A DNA stretch of 64,000 bases from Vulcanimicrobiota bacterium (lineage in GTDB: Bacteria > Vulcanimicrobiota > Vulcanimicrobiia > Vulcanimicrobiales > Vulcanimicrobiaceae): the NCBI GenBank assembly GCA_963795855.1, contig CAWCIZ010000003.1, positions 64,001-128,000 on the forward strand, written 5' to 3'. Shown here piece after piece: positions 53,883 to 64,000 of this stretch. The notes beneath the pieces are model-generated. The model searched no databases and had not been told where the DNA came from. It worked only from the letters and a program-made list of their open reading frames with translations. The position numbers and the translations under genes are program-made. Position 1 is the first letter of the stretch. Every line of letters starts with the position of its first letter.

Positions 53883-55709
53883 ATGAAGACACGGCCCGAC
53901 ATCCGCAACGTCGCCATCATTGCCCACGTCGACCACGGTAAGACTACACTGGTGGACGCCATGCTCAAGCAGAGCGGCGTCTTCCGCGAAGGTCAGCACG
54001 TGCAGACGCGCGTGATGGATTCGAATCCGCTCGAACGCGAACGCGGCATCACGATTCTCGCGAAAAACACCGCTGTCCGGCACGGCGACTTCAAGTTCAA
54101 CATCGTCGACACGCCGGGTCACGCGGACTTTGGCGGCGAGGTGGAGCGCGTGCTGCAAATGGTTCAGGGCGTGCTTCTCCTGGTCGACGCAGCCGAAGGC
54201 GTGATGCCGCAAACGCGCTTCGTGCTGCGCAAAGCGCTCGAATTGGATCTCAAGGCGATCGTCGTCGTCAACAAAATCGATCGCAAAGATGCGCGGCCGA
54301 CCGAAGTCGTGAACGAAGTTTTCGACTTGTTCATCGAACTGGGCGCGAGCGACGAGCAGGCCGACTTTCCGGTCGTCTTTACCAACGGCAAACTCGGCAT
54401 TGCCAAACGAACGCTCGAGGATCCTAGCAATGATTTGGAACCGCTGTTCAAAGTTATCTGCGATCACGTTCCCGAAGCGCCGGCTGAAGACGGCGGCTTT
54501 CAATTGCTCGTCTCCGCAATCGATCACAACAAATACGTCGGCCGTATCGGCATCGGCCGCGTGTTTCGCGGCAGTGCGAAAGCGAACGCTCCGATCGCGA
54601 AGGTCGCGCGCGACGGCGCCGTTGAGACCGGGCTGCGCCTGACGAAGCTGCTGACGTTCCAAGGCTTGGAGCGCGTTGAAGTAGAGGAAGCAATCGCAGG
54701 CGACATCGTCTGCGTTTCCGGCATCGAAGGCTTGAACATAGGCGATACGATCGCAGACGTCGGCGCAGCCGAAGGGGTGCACGCGGTGGCCGTTGACGAG
54801 CCCACCGTTTCGATGTCCTTCAGCGTGAACAATTCGCCGTTCGCAGGCAAAGAAGGCAAGTTTCTGACCTCGCGTCAAATTCGCGCCCGGCTTATGGCCG
54901 AACTCGAATCCAACGTCGCGCTGCGCGTTTCCGACACGGAATCGGCCGACACGTTCGAGGTGCGCGGACGGGGCGAGTTGCATCTTTCGATCCTGATTGA
55001 AACGATGCGCCGCGAAGGCTACGAAGTGCAGGTCTCCAAGCCGCAGGTCATCATCACCGAGCGCGAGGGCAAGAAGTGGGAGCCGGTCGAGTACGTCGTC
55101 GTCGACGTACCGTCGGAATATGAAGGGCCGGTTATCGAAGCACTCGGCCGGCGTAAAGCGATCATGTCGAACATGATCAACGTTGGCGAATCGCGCCGGC
55201 TGGAGTACACGATGCCGACGCGCGCAATCTTCGGTCTGCGCGGCGAACTGCTGACGCTCACGCGGGGCACCGCCGTGATGTCGCACACGTATTACGATCA
55301 CCAGGAATGGCAAGGCGAGTTGCCCGGACGCAACGTCGGTGCGCTCGTGGCGAGCGACACCGGACGCGTAACCGGCTACGCACTCATGGGTCTGGAACAG
55401 CGCGGACGCTTCTTCGTGGGTCCCGGCGTGGACGTGTACGAAGGCATGGTCGTGGGGCGTGCCAACGACGACAAAGACATCGCGCTCAACGTCGTTCGTG
55501 AAAAGAAGCTCACGAATATGCGCGCTGCGGGATCGGACGAAAACATCAAACTGCCGCCGCCCGAAGATCTGTCGCTCGAACGCGCGATCGAATTCATCGA
55601 GGACGACGAATTAGTCGAAGTAACGCCGAAGTCGATACGCGTTCGTAAGCGCATGCTTAACGAAACCGACCGTTTGCGCGCCCGCAAACGCGAATTCAGC
55701 CGTACGTAA
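53883..55709 (+). CDS. typA: Translational GTPase TypA/BipA
   Basis: [46 protein letters not shown]. Confidence 0.97.
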   Translation: MKTRPDIRNVAIIAHVDHGKTTLVDAMLKQSGVFREGQHVQTRVMDSNPLERERGITILAKNTAVRHGDFKFNIVDTPGHADFGGEVERVLQMVQGVLLLVDAAEGVMPQTRFVLRKALELDLKAIVVVNKIDRKDARPTEVVNEVFDLFIELGASDEQADFPVVFTNGKLGIAKRTLEDPSNDLEPLFKVICDHVPEAPAEDGGFQLLVSAIDHNKYVGRIGIGRVFRGSAKANAPIAKVARDGAVETGLRLTKLLTFQGLERVEVEEAIAGDIVCVSGIEGLNIGDTIADVGAAEGVHAVAVDEPTVSMSFSVNNSPFAGKEGKFLTSRQIRARLMAELESNVALRVSDTESADTFEVRGRGELHLSILIETMRREGYEVQVSKPQVIITEREGKKWEPVEYVVVDVPSEYEGPVIEALGRRKAIMSNMINVGESRRLEYTMPTRAIFGLRGELLTLTRGTAVMSHTYYDHQEWQGELPGRNVGALVASDTGRVTGYALMGLEQRGRFFVGPGVDVYEGMVVGRANDDKDIALNVVREKKLTNMRAAGSDENIKLPPPEDLSLERAIEFIEDDELVEVTPKSIRVRKRMLNETDRLRARKREFSRT

Positions 55710-55726
55710 AGCCGGCTCGCTCTGGT

Positions 55727-56209
55727 TCAGTAACCGAAGCGCAGCAGCACCATACAGAGCAGGATCGCAAGAAAGCCGGCCTGCTCGATCGCAATACTTT
55801 GCATGAGACGCGAAAACGCGGCCTGTTTTTCCGCCGGGGCGGCGGCGGCCATTTCATGCGAACGCTCCTTCACGCCGTACTGTCCCCAAACGTAGGTTCC
55901 GATTGCGATGGCAAGCGCTGCCAAAACCGTAACGCCGTACGCGTCACTGACGAACCCGTAAAGCGACGTGAAGCGCCCAGTGGCAAACGCTGTCGCGATT
56001 CCAAGCAGCACCGTCGCGATTCCGGCGACCGGCATGACGCGGGAGGCCTGTGCGCCCAAGCGCGGGCCGACTTCCGCCATCGCCCCTCCGCTCACTCCGG
56101 CGAAGGCGGGGCCGAGTACCAGCAGACTGAAGATTGCACCGCCGAACCAGGCGATTCCGGCCAGCACGTGCAGTCCATAGAGCACTGAAAGCAAGATTGG
56201 CATGGCCAC
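55727..56209 (-). CDS. 4-TM membrane protein (CopD/DUF2269-like)
   Basis: LHVLAGIAWFGG motif; four hydrophobic helices. Confidence 0.75.
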   Translation of the reverse strand: MAMPILLSVLYGLHVLAGIAWFGGAIFSLLVLGPAFAGVSGGAMAEVGPRLGAQASRVMPVAGIATVLLGIATAFATGRFTSLYGFVSDAYGVTVLAALAIAIGTYVWGQYGVKERSHEMAAAAPAEKQAAFSRLMQSIAIEQAGFLAILLCMVLLRFGY

Positions 56210-56238
56210 AGTATTGCACTGCGGCGTCTAGGGAGCGT

Positions 56239-57144
56239 CTAGCCGGACGTGAGATTCGGTTCGGGCGAGGCCGCCTCGGCGATGCAGTACGTCGCGCCGT
56301 TCGTCTGCGTATCGTCGTACTTGGAGTAAATGAGCTGCACCGTCCATGTATTCGCGCCGGCGGTGATGGTGCCGGTTTGCCCGTTGCAGATGTCGCCGTT
56401 TTCGCCGTTTTGCGGATCGTACCACGCGTTGAGTTGCGGATCGCTCGTCATTTCGGCAAACTCGTGGCTCGCAACTTGCGTGCGGCGCTGCTCTTGCGTT
56501 TCGGCGAGCTGCACGGAGCACGTCGAATCGCCGCCCGGGCATGATTCTTTGACGCACGTGTCGTCGAGCGCGGGAATGATCGCGTAGTAGAACGGATTGC
56601 CGGCTTTGGTCGTGAAGAAATCGTGATAGCCGAATGCGGTATCACCCGTCGGTTCGCAGAGTACGAGTCCGGCGGCGGTGTCCTTGATCTCGATGCTGGT
56701 ATCCAAGAAGACGATGAGCACGTCCGACGTATTGTTCGCAGGCGGCTCCGGAATCGTTCCGGCGTCGATTGCGCTTTGAATCGCCGCCTGCACGCCGGCG
56801 TTGTCGAGCTGAGGTGCCACGGTGGTCAGCGTCGAGCTGCTAACGTACGTTCCGGTGCCGGCGCCGGTTCCGACGCCGTATTGCGAGAGCACGTTCATAA
56901 ACTTCGACGCAAGCAAATCCTTGCAGTATTGCTGCAGGCGCGTTGCGGCGTTTTGCTGCGACGCGTCGCTCTGCCACGAAGCGCCCCAGAAACTCGAGAA
57001 AACGCGGGGCTTGGAAACGACCGGACCGCCGTTATAGACGAACGCGGGATACGCGCCGTTTGACGTGGGCGCGCGCGGAACCACCACCGTCGCACCGTGG
57101 AGCACCGGGCTGCGCCGCCTGGGGTTAACGCCTCCGTACGGCAT
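56239..57144 (-). CDS. Phi-1/EXORDIUM-like protein
   Basis: YNGGPV, FWG, GYH, SHEFAEMTSDP, AWYD..GENGDIC, VQLIYS. Confidence 0.7.
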   Translation of the reverse strand: MPYGGVNPRRRSPVLHGATVVVPRAPTSNGAYPAFVYNGGPVVSKPRVFSSFWGASWQSDASQQNAATRLQQYCKDLLASKFMNVLSQYGVGTGAGTGTYVSSSTLTTVAPQLDNAGVQAAIQSAIDAGTIPEPPANNTSDVLIVFLDTSIEIKDTAAGLVLCEPTGDTAFGYHDFFTTKAGNPFYYAIIPALDDTCVKESCPGGDSTCSVQLAETQEQRRTQVASHEFAEMTSDPQLNAWYDPQNGENGDICNGQTGTITAGANTWTVQLIYSKYDDTQTNGATYCIAEAASPEPNLTSG

Positions 57145-59777
57145 TACACCAGAACCGGTTCGTCGGAGTATCGCGATGTGAATGTCAGTGCGCCGCGCAC
57201 GTCGTCGTAGTCCACGACGACCCGCTGCCCATCGCGCACGTCACCGGCAAGTATCTTCCGTCCCAGCGGCGTTTCCAACTCCTTCTGAATCGCACGTTTG
57301 AGCGGGCGCGCACCATACACCGGGTCGTATCCGGTTTTCACCAGATGGCGTTTCGCCGCATCGGTTAGTTCCAAATGAATGCGCCGCTGCGCCAGCCGCT
57401 CGCGCACGCGATGCAATTGAATCTCGATGATCTCCGTCAGTTCTTCTTCGGTAAGCGCGTGGAACACGATCACCTCGTCAACGCGGTTCAGAAATTCGGG
57501 ACGGAAATGCTGACGCAGCTCGTCCAATACCGTCGCGCGCATCACCGCGTACTCGGCGCCGCCCATATCGCCCTTGTAGTCCAAAATGCGATGGCTGCCG
57601 ACGTTCGAAGTCATGATGACGATCGTGTTGCGGAAATCGACGGTTCGGCCTTGGCCATCGGTCAAGCGTCCGTCGTCGAGAATCTGCAAAAACACGTTGA
57701 ACACGTCCGGATGCGCCTTTTCGATCTCGTCGAAAAGAATGACGCTGTACGGACGGCGACGCACTGCTTCGGTGAGTTGTCCGCCTTCTTCGAAACCGAT
57801 GTATCCCGGTGGTGCGCCGAGCAGACGCGCGACCGTGTGTTTCTCCTGATACTCCGACATGTCGATGCGAATCATCGCGCGCTCGTCGTCGAAGAGATAC
57901 TCCGCAAGTGCGCGCGCTAATTCGGTCTTTCCGACGCCGGTTGGCCCGAGAAAAATGAACGAGCCGATGGGGCGGTTCGGATCCGCAAGTCCGGACCGCG
58001 AGCGCACGACCGCTTCGGCGACCGCGTCGACCGCTTCGTCCTGCCCAACCACGCGCTTGTGCAATTCCTCGTCGAGATGCAAGAGTTTCTGCACCTCGCC
58101 TTCGAGCATTTTCGAAACGGGTACGCCCGTCCAGCGGCTGATCACCTCGGCGATGTCCTCTTCGTCGACTTCTTCTTTGGAGAGCCGCGCTTGGCCGTCG
58201 CGTGAAGACAGACGCTCTTCCTCTGCCTGAAGCTGTTTTTCCAGGCTCGCGAGTTTTCCGTATTTCAATTCGGCGACGCGGTTGAGATCGTACTGGCGCT
58301 CGGCCTGCTCGATCTGCACCTTCGTCGCTTCGATCTGCTCGCGCAAATCGCGCAGTTTGACCGCCGCCGCTTTTTCGGCTTGCCAACGGGCCTGCAGCGC
58401 GCGCTGGTCTTCTTTGAGGTCCGCCAGTTCTTTTTCGAGCTGGTCCAAACGGCGTTTGCTCGCGTCGTCCGTTTCCTTGCGAAGCGCTTCGCGTTCGATT
58501 TCGAGCTGCATCACGCGGCGCGTAAGTTCGTCCAATTCCTGCGGCATGGAGTCGATTTCGGTGCGAAGTTTTGCCGCCGCCTCGTCGACGAGATCGATTG
58601 CCTTATCAGGCAAGAACCGATCGCTGATGTAACGGTTGGAAAGCGTCGCCGCAGCGACGAGCGCGGAATCCTTGATCCGCACGCCGTGGTGCGCTTCGTA
58701 CTTTTCTTTCAGGCCGCGCAGAATGGAAACCGTGTCTTCGACGCTCGGCTGATCCACGAAAACTGGTTGAAAGCGCCGCTCGAGCGCCGCATCCTTCTCG
58801 ACGTATTTGCGGTACTCGTCAAGCGTGGTCGCCCCGATCATGTGCAATTCGCCGCGCGCGAGCATCGGTTTGAGCAGATTGCCCGCGTCCATCGCACCCT
58901 CGGCTTTGCCGGCGCCGACGACCGTATGCAATTCGTCGACGAAGAGCAGAATCTGGCCCTCGGAGTTCTGCACGTCTTTCAGGACCGCTTTTAGCCGTTC
59001 TTCAAATTCACCGCGATATTTCGCGCCGGCGATGAGCGCGCCCATGTCAAGCGCAACGACGCGTTTGTCTTTCAAACCTTCAGGCACGTCGCGGCGAACG
59101 ATGCGCTGCGCGAGCCCTTCGACGATCGCGGTTTTACCGACGCCGGGCTCGCCGATCAGCACCGGGTTGTTCTTCGTGCGCCGCGAGAGCACTTGGATGA
59201 CGCGGCGTATTTCGTCGTCGCGGCCGATGACCGGATCGAGTTTTCCGCGCTCGGCTTCGAGGGTCAAATCGCGCCCGTAGCGCTCCAAACTCTTGTACGT
59301 GCCTTCCGGGTTTTGCGTCGTGACGCGCTGATTGCCGCGCACCGCGCGCAGCGCCACGAGCAGTTTGTCGCGCGTCAGACCGAGCTCGCGGAAGATGCGG
59401 CCTACGGCGCCGCTGTTCTGCGTCATCGCCAGCAGCAAATGTTCGACGGAAACGTAGTCGTCTTGGAGCTGCTTCGCGTCGCTTTCCGCTTGCGTGAAGA
59501 GCCGCGTGAGATCGGGCGCGACGGTAACGGTCGCCTGGTCGGCGCTCGATCCGGTCAAACGCGGCAAACGGCCGATTGCCTCGTCGGTTTTCGCGGCAAC
59601 CGTCTTCGGATCGACGCCGGCTTCCTTGACGACGTCCGGCGCGATGCCGCGGTCCTGATCCAACAGCGCCGCAAGCAGATGCTCGGGCGTGGTCTGCGTG
59701 TTGTGCTCGTGCAGTGCGCGCGTATATGCGGCGTTCAGAGCGTCTTGAACGCGCTCCGTCATGCGATCTACATTCAT
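57144..59777 (-). CDS. clpB: ATP-dependent chaperone ClpB
   Basis: Two AAA+ modules ([16 protein letters not shown]), middle coiled coil, GARPLKR. Confidence 0.97.
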   Translation of the reverse strand: MNVDRMTERVQDALNAAYTRALHEHNTQTTPEHLLAALLDQDRGIAPDVVKEAGVDPKTVAAKTDEAIGRLPRLTGSSADQATVTVAPDLTRLFTQAESDAKQLQDDYVSVEHLLLAMTQNSGAVGRIFRELGLTRDKLLVALRAVRGNQRVTTQNPEGTYKSLERYGRDLTLEAERGKLDPVIGRDDEIRRVIQVLSRRTKNNPVLIGEPGVGKTAIVEGLAQRIVRRDVPEGLKDKRVVALDMGALIAGAKYRGEFEERLKAVLKDVQNSEGQILLFVDELHTVVGAGKAEGAMDAGNLLKPMLARGELHMIGATTLDEYRKYVEKDAALERRFQPVFVDQPSVEDTVSILRGLKEKYEAHHGVRIKDSALVAAATLSNRYISDRFLPDKAIDLVDEAAAKLRTEIDSMPQELDELTRRVMQLEIEREALRKETDDASKRRLDQLEKELADLKEDQRALQARWQAEKAAAVKLRDLREQIEATKVQIEQAERQYDLNRVAELKYGKLASLEKQLQAEEERLSSRDGQARLSKEEVDEEDIAEVISRWTGVPVSKMLEGEVQKLLHLDEELHKRVVGQDEAVDAVAEAVVRSRSGLADPNRPIGSFIFLGPTGVGKTELARALAEYLFDDERAMIRIDMSEYQEKHTVARLLGAPPGYIGFEEGGQLTEAVRRRPYSVILFDEIEKAHPDVFNVFLQILDDGRLTDGQGRTVDFRNTIVIMTSNVGSHRILDYKGDMGGAEYAVMRATVLDELRQHFRPEFLNRVDEVIVFHALTEEELTEIIEIQLHRVRERLAQRRIHLELTDAAKRHLVKTGYDPVYGARPLKRAIQKELETPLGRKILAGDVRDGQRVVVDYDDVRGALTFTSRYSDEPVLV

Positions 59778-59836
59778 CGGTTCACTTGTCTAGACAGCAG
59801 GAACGCCCTTTCGGTTGCGCCTTGGGCTTGCTGCTC

Positions 59837-60862
59837 TTACGTACCCACGGCAGCGTCCGCGGATTCACCCGAGACCGCCGTTTGGACGGCGTCGAGGTAG
59901 TTGCGCTTCGCGCTCTCCTCGATGAACGACGCCTCGAACGAGTTGCGGGCAAGCCGCACGAGCTCGTCATCCGAAAGCTTCAGCGCGCTCGCGCTTTGCT
60001 CGAAATTTTCGCCGACGTAGCCACCGAAATACGCGGGGTCGTCGGAATTGATCGTGGCGACCAATCCGGCATCGAGCATGCTCCGCAGCGGATGTTGCGA
60101 CAGCGAGGGCACGACACGCAATCGCACGTTGGAAAGCGGACAGACCGTCAGCGGCGTGCGGCTGCGGCGCAAACGCTCGACGAGCTGCGGATCCTCCATG
60201 CTGCGCACGCCATGGTCGATGCGGGAGACGTGCAGCGTATCGAGCGCATCCCAAACGTACGCGGGCGGACCTTCTTCGCCGGCGTGCGCGACCGCGTGCA
60301 GGCCATGCGCGCGCGCCCGTTCGAAAACAGCGGCGAATTTGGACGGCGGATTGCCGAGCTCGGCGGAATCGAGCCCGACCGCGACGATGCGTTCCAGATA
60401 CGGAAGCGCTAGTTCGAGGGTCTCTATCGCGGAATGTTCCGGCTGATCGCGCAGAAAGCACATGATGAGCGAGCTGGTGATGCCGTAATCGCGTTCGCTC
60501 GTGCGTAAGGCCGACCATAAACCGTCGATCACGGTTTCGAAGTGCAAGCCGCGCTGCAAGTGCGCTTGCGGATCGAAAAAGATCTCCGCGTGCTTGACGT
60601 TCTGCGCCTGCGCGCGTTTCAAGTATGCAAGGGTGAGTTCTTCGAAGTCCCGCTCGGTACGCAGCGCCGACATCGCTTCGTAGTACAGGTCGAGAAACGA
60701 TTGCAGATCGGAAAAGCGGTACGCGGCTCGCAACGCTTCGACGTTCGGATATTTGAGCCGGACGCCGTTTCGTTCGGCGAATGCGAAGATCTGCTCCGGT
60801 TCGAAGGTCCCCTCGATGTGAAGGTGGAGTTCGGCTTTCGGCAACGCACCCGGTCTAATCAT
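59837..60862 (-). CDS. add: Adenosine/adenine deaminase
   Basis: PKAELHLHIEG, HAGEEGP, RIDHG, TVCPLSN, NSDDPAYF. Confidence 0.92.
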   Translation of the reverse strand: MIRPGALPKAELHLHIEGTFEPEQIFAFAERNGVRLKYPNVEALRAAYRFSDLQSFLDLYYEAMSALRTERDFEELTLAYLKRAQAQNVKHAEIFFDPQAHLQRGLHFETVIDGLWSALRTSERDYGITSSLIMCFLRDQPEHSAIETLELALPYLERIVAVGLDSAELGNPPSKFAAVFERARAHGLHAVAHAGEEGPPAYVWDALDTLHVSRIDHGVRSMEDPQLVERLRRSRTPLTVCPLSNVRLRVVPSLSQHPLRSMLDAGLVATINSDDPAYFGGYVGENFEQSASALKLSDDELVRLARNSFEASFIEESAKRNYLDAVQTAVSGESADAAVGT

Positions 60863-62739
60863 GGGCGGCCGATTTCGCGCGCAGCATTCGGTAATCCCCG
60901 CTGCGCACGGTAATGCCGCGCGCGTCAAACCATTCCAGCAGCGGCACCGCATATTTGCGTGAGGTGCCGATCAAATCGCGGAACTGCGCCATCGTCATCT
61001 GCTTGTTGCTGCGCAAGAACTGCTCGACGCGTGCGTGAATCTGAGCGATCTGCGTGCCCCTGTAGAGATCGTCGCCGACCTTGACCAGCGCTCCTTTCGC
61101 GAGCAGTGTATCGAATGCCTTACCGATTCCCGCAATGCGCGATTGCTTTACCGCCGCGACGACCTGCGCGAGCGGCGTGGGTGTAAACGGCCCCGATCCG
61201 TTCCCCGGGACGTGTTCTTCGAAAAACGCTTGCTGCTCGGCGGAAATTTTTGGCGCGTGCTCCGCCAGCGCAAAATAGCCGGCGCGATGCGCGATTCTGC
61301 CCTCGTCGGCGTACGCTCCGAGAAGGCGCAGCACGAGCGGCTCGTCCACGCGAAGCGCGCGCGAGAGCGCAAGCGACGTGCTGCCCATCGCCCACGGCTC
61401 CGTGCGGTGCTGTGCGGCGAGATGTTCGTTCACACGTTCGAGCAGCGCCTGCGCGCTCGCCGCATCGACGAATGCAGCGGGCCGAGCAACCCGCACGACG
61501 TCCCCGCGTTCCGCCAGTGCCTCCAGCGCCGGCGCTATTGCGTCTTCTCGCAGATTCGCTTCACGCGCGATTTCCGCGCTCGCCATCGCGCGCAAACCCG
61601 CTTTTCGCAACACCGCCGACACCGCAGACTTCATGCGGATTGAGCGCCGGCTCCAACGCTCGTGAATCCGCGCTTTGCGCGCCCGAGCTGCCTTCGATCT
61701 TTCCGCCGCCGAGCAAATTCTTCGGCGAAAGCCGCCGCACTACGAAAGCCGTTCCAGGGTACGCGACCGTCGGCCGGCGCAGATAGACCTGCGCCTGCAA
61801 CTCGACCGGCTCTTGCGGAACGTCGCCAAAAACCAGCGTTCCGAGAATCTCTGCGGAGCCGATATATGCGCGAACGTCATTGCGTTTGCGCAGGATTGGC
61901 AACGCCTCCGCGAGCGGCGTAAAGCGCACCGTGAAAGAATCCACGTGTGCGAATTGCGGCGCGACCAGCATTTCGCCGCGTTCGATCTCGTGCACGTCGA
62001 CGGCCGGGATGTTGAGCGCTACCCGAGCGCCGCCTTCGACTTTCTCACGCTTCTCGCCGAAGCTTTGCAGGCTGCGCACGCGCACGTTCTTTTCCGACGG
62101 CTGCAGTTTGAGCGTGTCGCCGACGGCAATTCGCCCCTGCATCAACGTTCCGGTAACGATCGTTCCGAGGCCGGGAAGTGCGAAAACGCGGTCGATCGGT
62201 AAATATGCCGGCGCTTCGGGGTCGCGCGGCCGCAGGTTCTTCAACGCCTGATGAATCGCATCGCGCAGCGCGTCCATGTTCGCGCCGGTGACGGTCGATA
62301 CGGCGAAAATATAGGCGTTTTCCGCGATCGTGCCGCGCAGTTGACGGTGCACGCGCAAACAGGCCGCGCCGCCTTCTTCCGGCGGGATCAGATCCATTTT
62401 CGTCAGCACGACGATCACTTCGCGCACGTTGAGGTAGCGCAAAATCTGAAGGTGCTCGACGGTCTGCGGCATCACGCCTTCGGTGGCAGCGATGACGAGC
62501 AGCAGCACTTCCATGCCGGCGGCTCCCGCGAGCATATTGTGCAAAAAACGTTCGTGTCCCGGAACGTCGACGATGCCCGCTTCGACCCCGTCGTCGAACC
62601 GCAGGTGCGCGAATCCCAAATCCAGCGTCATCCCGCGCAATTGTTCTTCGAGCCAGCGATCGGGATTGGTTCCAGTGAGCGCGCTCACCAGCGTCGACTT
62701 GCCGTGGTCGACGTGTCCGGCGGTGCCGATGATGTGCAC
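60855..62739 (-). CDS. selB: Selenocysteine-specific elongation factor, frameshift near 61640
   Basis: IGTAGHVDHGKS, RGMTLDLGFA, DVPGHERF, C-terminal FRDLIGTSRKYAVPLLEWFD. Confidence 0.95.
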
Positions 62740-62740
62740 G

Positions 62741-64000
62741 TTAGTTCGTCAAATCTGCGAGCGCGCCGATGACGCGCAGATCGTCGCTCGGAAAAATCGT
62801 GCGCAGGTCCAGCAGCAGGCGGCCTTCGTCGATCCGTCCGACGATCGGCGTCGATCCGCGGCGTAACGCGTGTGCGGCTGCATCGGCGCCTTGCGGCGGC
62901 GCGAGCGCAACCGCGACGGACGGCAGCGCGCTTTCGGGCAGCGATCCACCGCCGACGTACGCGGTGGTCTCGACGACGCGGCAGTTCGCAATCTCATTTG
63001 CGTAGCGGTCCGCGCGCGAGCGCAGCGCGCCGATCGATGCGCCGAGCATCGCATAGAACGGAATCTCCGCCCGCGCGTCCGGTGTGAGGTAGAGTCTGAC
63101 GGTTTGCGCGAGCGCTGCGAGCGTCATTTTGTCAACGCGCAGCGCGCGCAGCAGCGGATTGCTCCGCAATCGCGCGATGAGCACGCTCTTACCGACGATG
63201 ATGCCGGCTTGCGGGCCGCCGAGCATTTTATCGCCGGAAAATGCGACGAGATCGATACCGTCCGACACCGCTTCCTGTACCGTACGTTCGTGCGGCAAGC
63301 TGATACTCCGCCAAATCGACGAGAGCGCCGCTGCCCAAGTCTTCCACGAGTGGAATGCCGGTGCGATTTGCCAGCGCGGCGAGGTCTTTCGCTTCGACCT
63401 CATGCGTGAAGCCGCTGATGCGGTAGTTCGAAGGATGCGAGCGCAGCAGCAGCGCGGTATCGGCGGTGAGCGCGCGTTCGTAGTCCCTCAGATACACTTT
63501 GTTCGTCGCGCCCACTTCGACGAGGCGCGCGCCGCTGCGCTGCAGCACGTCGGGCAGCCGAAAGCCGCCGCCGATCTCGATGAGTTGATTGCGCGAAACG
63601 ACGACCTCGCGATTCTTCGCGAACGTGTCGAGGATGAGCAGCACGGCGGCGGCGCAATTGTTGACGACCAGCGCGTCTTGCGCGCCGGTGACGGATTGCA
63701 AGAGCAGCGTCGCGCGCGCGTATCGCGAACCGCGCCCGCCGCGGTCCAAATCGTACTCGAGATTCGAATAGCCGCTTCCGGCGTCGTTCACCGCATCGAG
63801 CGCGGAGGCGGCCAGCGGCGCACGGCCGAGATTCGTGTGCAAAAGAATGCCGGTCGCGTTGACGACCGGAACGAGCATCTCGAACGCGCTTCGTTCCAAT
63901 TCCGCCAGCACTTGCGCGGAGAGTTCCTCGAAGCCGCCGGCGCTCTCGCGAACGCGCGCCGCATCGAGCGTCGCTCCGATGCTCCGTTTGACGTGCTCTT
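62741..64000 (-). CDS. selA: L-seryl-tRNA(Sec) selenium transferase (5' end outside window; frameshift near 63300)
   Basis: VVNATGILLHTNLGRAPL, SNLEYDL, VNNCAAAV, EIGGGFR, SGDKMLGGPQAG, RALRVDK. Confidence 0.95.

Noticed and set aside
52800..55313. 837-aa antisense ORF and similar long shadow ORFs
   Set aside because: Antisense to typA and the kinase; expected from high-GC codon bias.
59778..59836. Heat-shock operator upstream of clpB
   Set aside because: No CIRCE or HAIR consensus visible.
60855..63911. Programmed frameshifting in selA/selB
   Set aside because: No obvious slippery sites, and the same indel pattern occurs across unrelated genes.

Overview
This is a GC-rich bacterial chromosomal window of mostly housekeeping genes. 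The lipoprotein repertoire and gene mix are reminiscent of Ca. Eremiobacterota/Vulcanimicrobiota (inference only). It encodes mqo (partial), prfC, an alanine racemase-like gene and a GH130 gene, heme A/O synthases (ctaA/ctaB), an MFS transporter, aidB, and an A2-type caa3 cytochrome c oxidase operon. Two same-strand gene blocks look like an amino-sugar scavenging module (GH20, transporter-PDZ fusion, hydantoinase-like protein, FAD oxidoreductase, BadF-type kinase, NanE). It also has a degenerate class III cyclase beside an ECF sigma/anti-sigma pair, ada, galM, a peptide ABC binding protein, an integrase remnant abutting tRNA-Sec (selC), an orphan beta-class DNA methyltransferase, typA, a Phi-1/EXORDIUM-like gene coupled to clpB, an adenosine/adenine deaminase, selB and selA (partial). 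Many genes, including conserved ones such as coxA, selA and selB, carry frameshifts. This points to long-read consensus errors rather than real pseudogenes, so several long ORFs in the track are chimeras. I found no CRISPR array, rRNA or intact IS. All product calls come from motif recognition by eye, not database searches.
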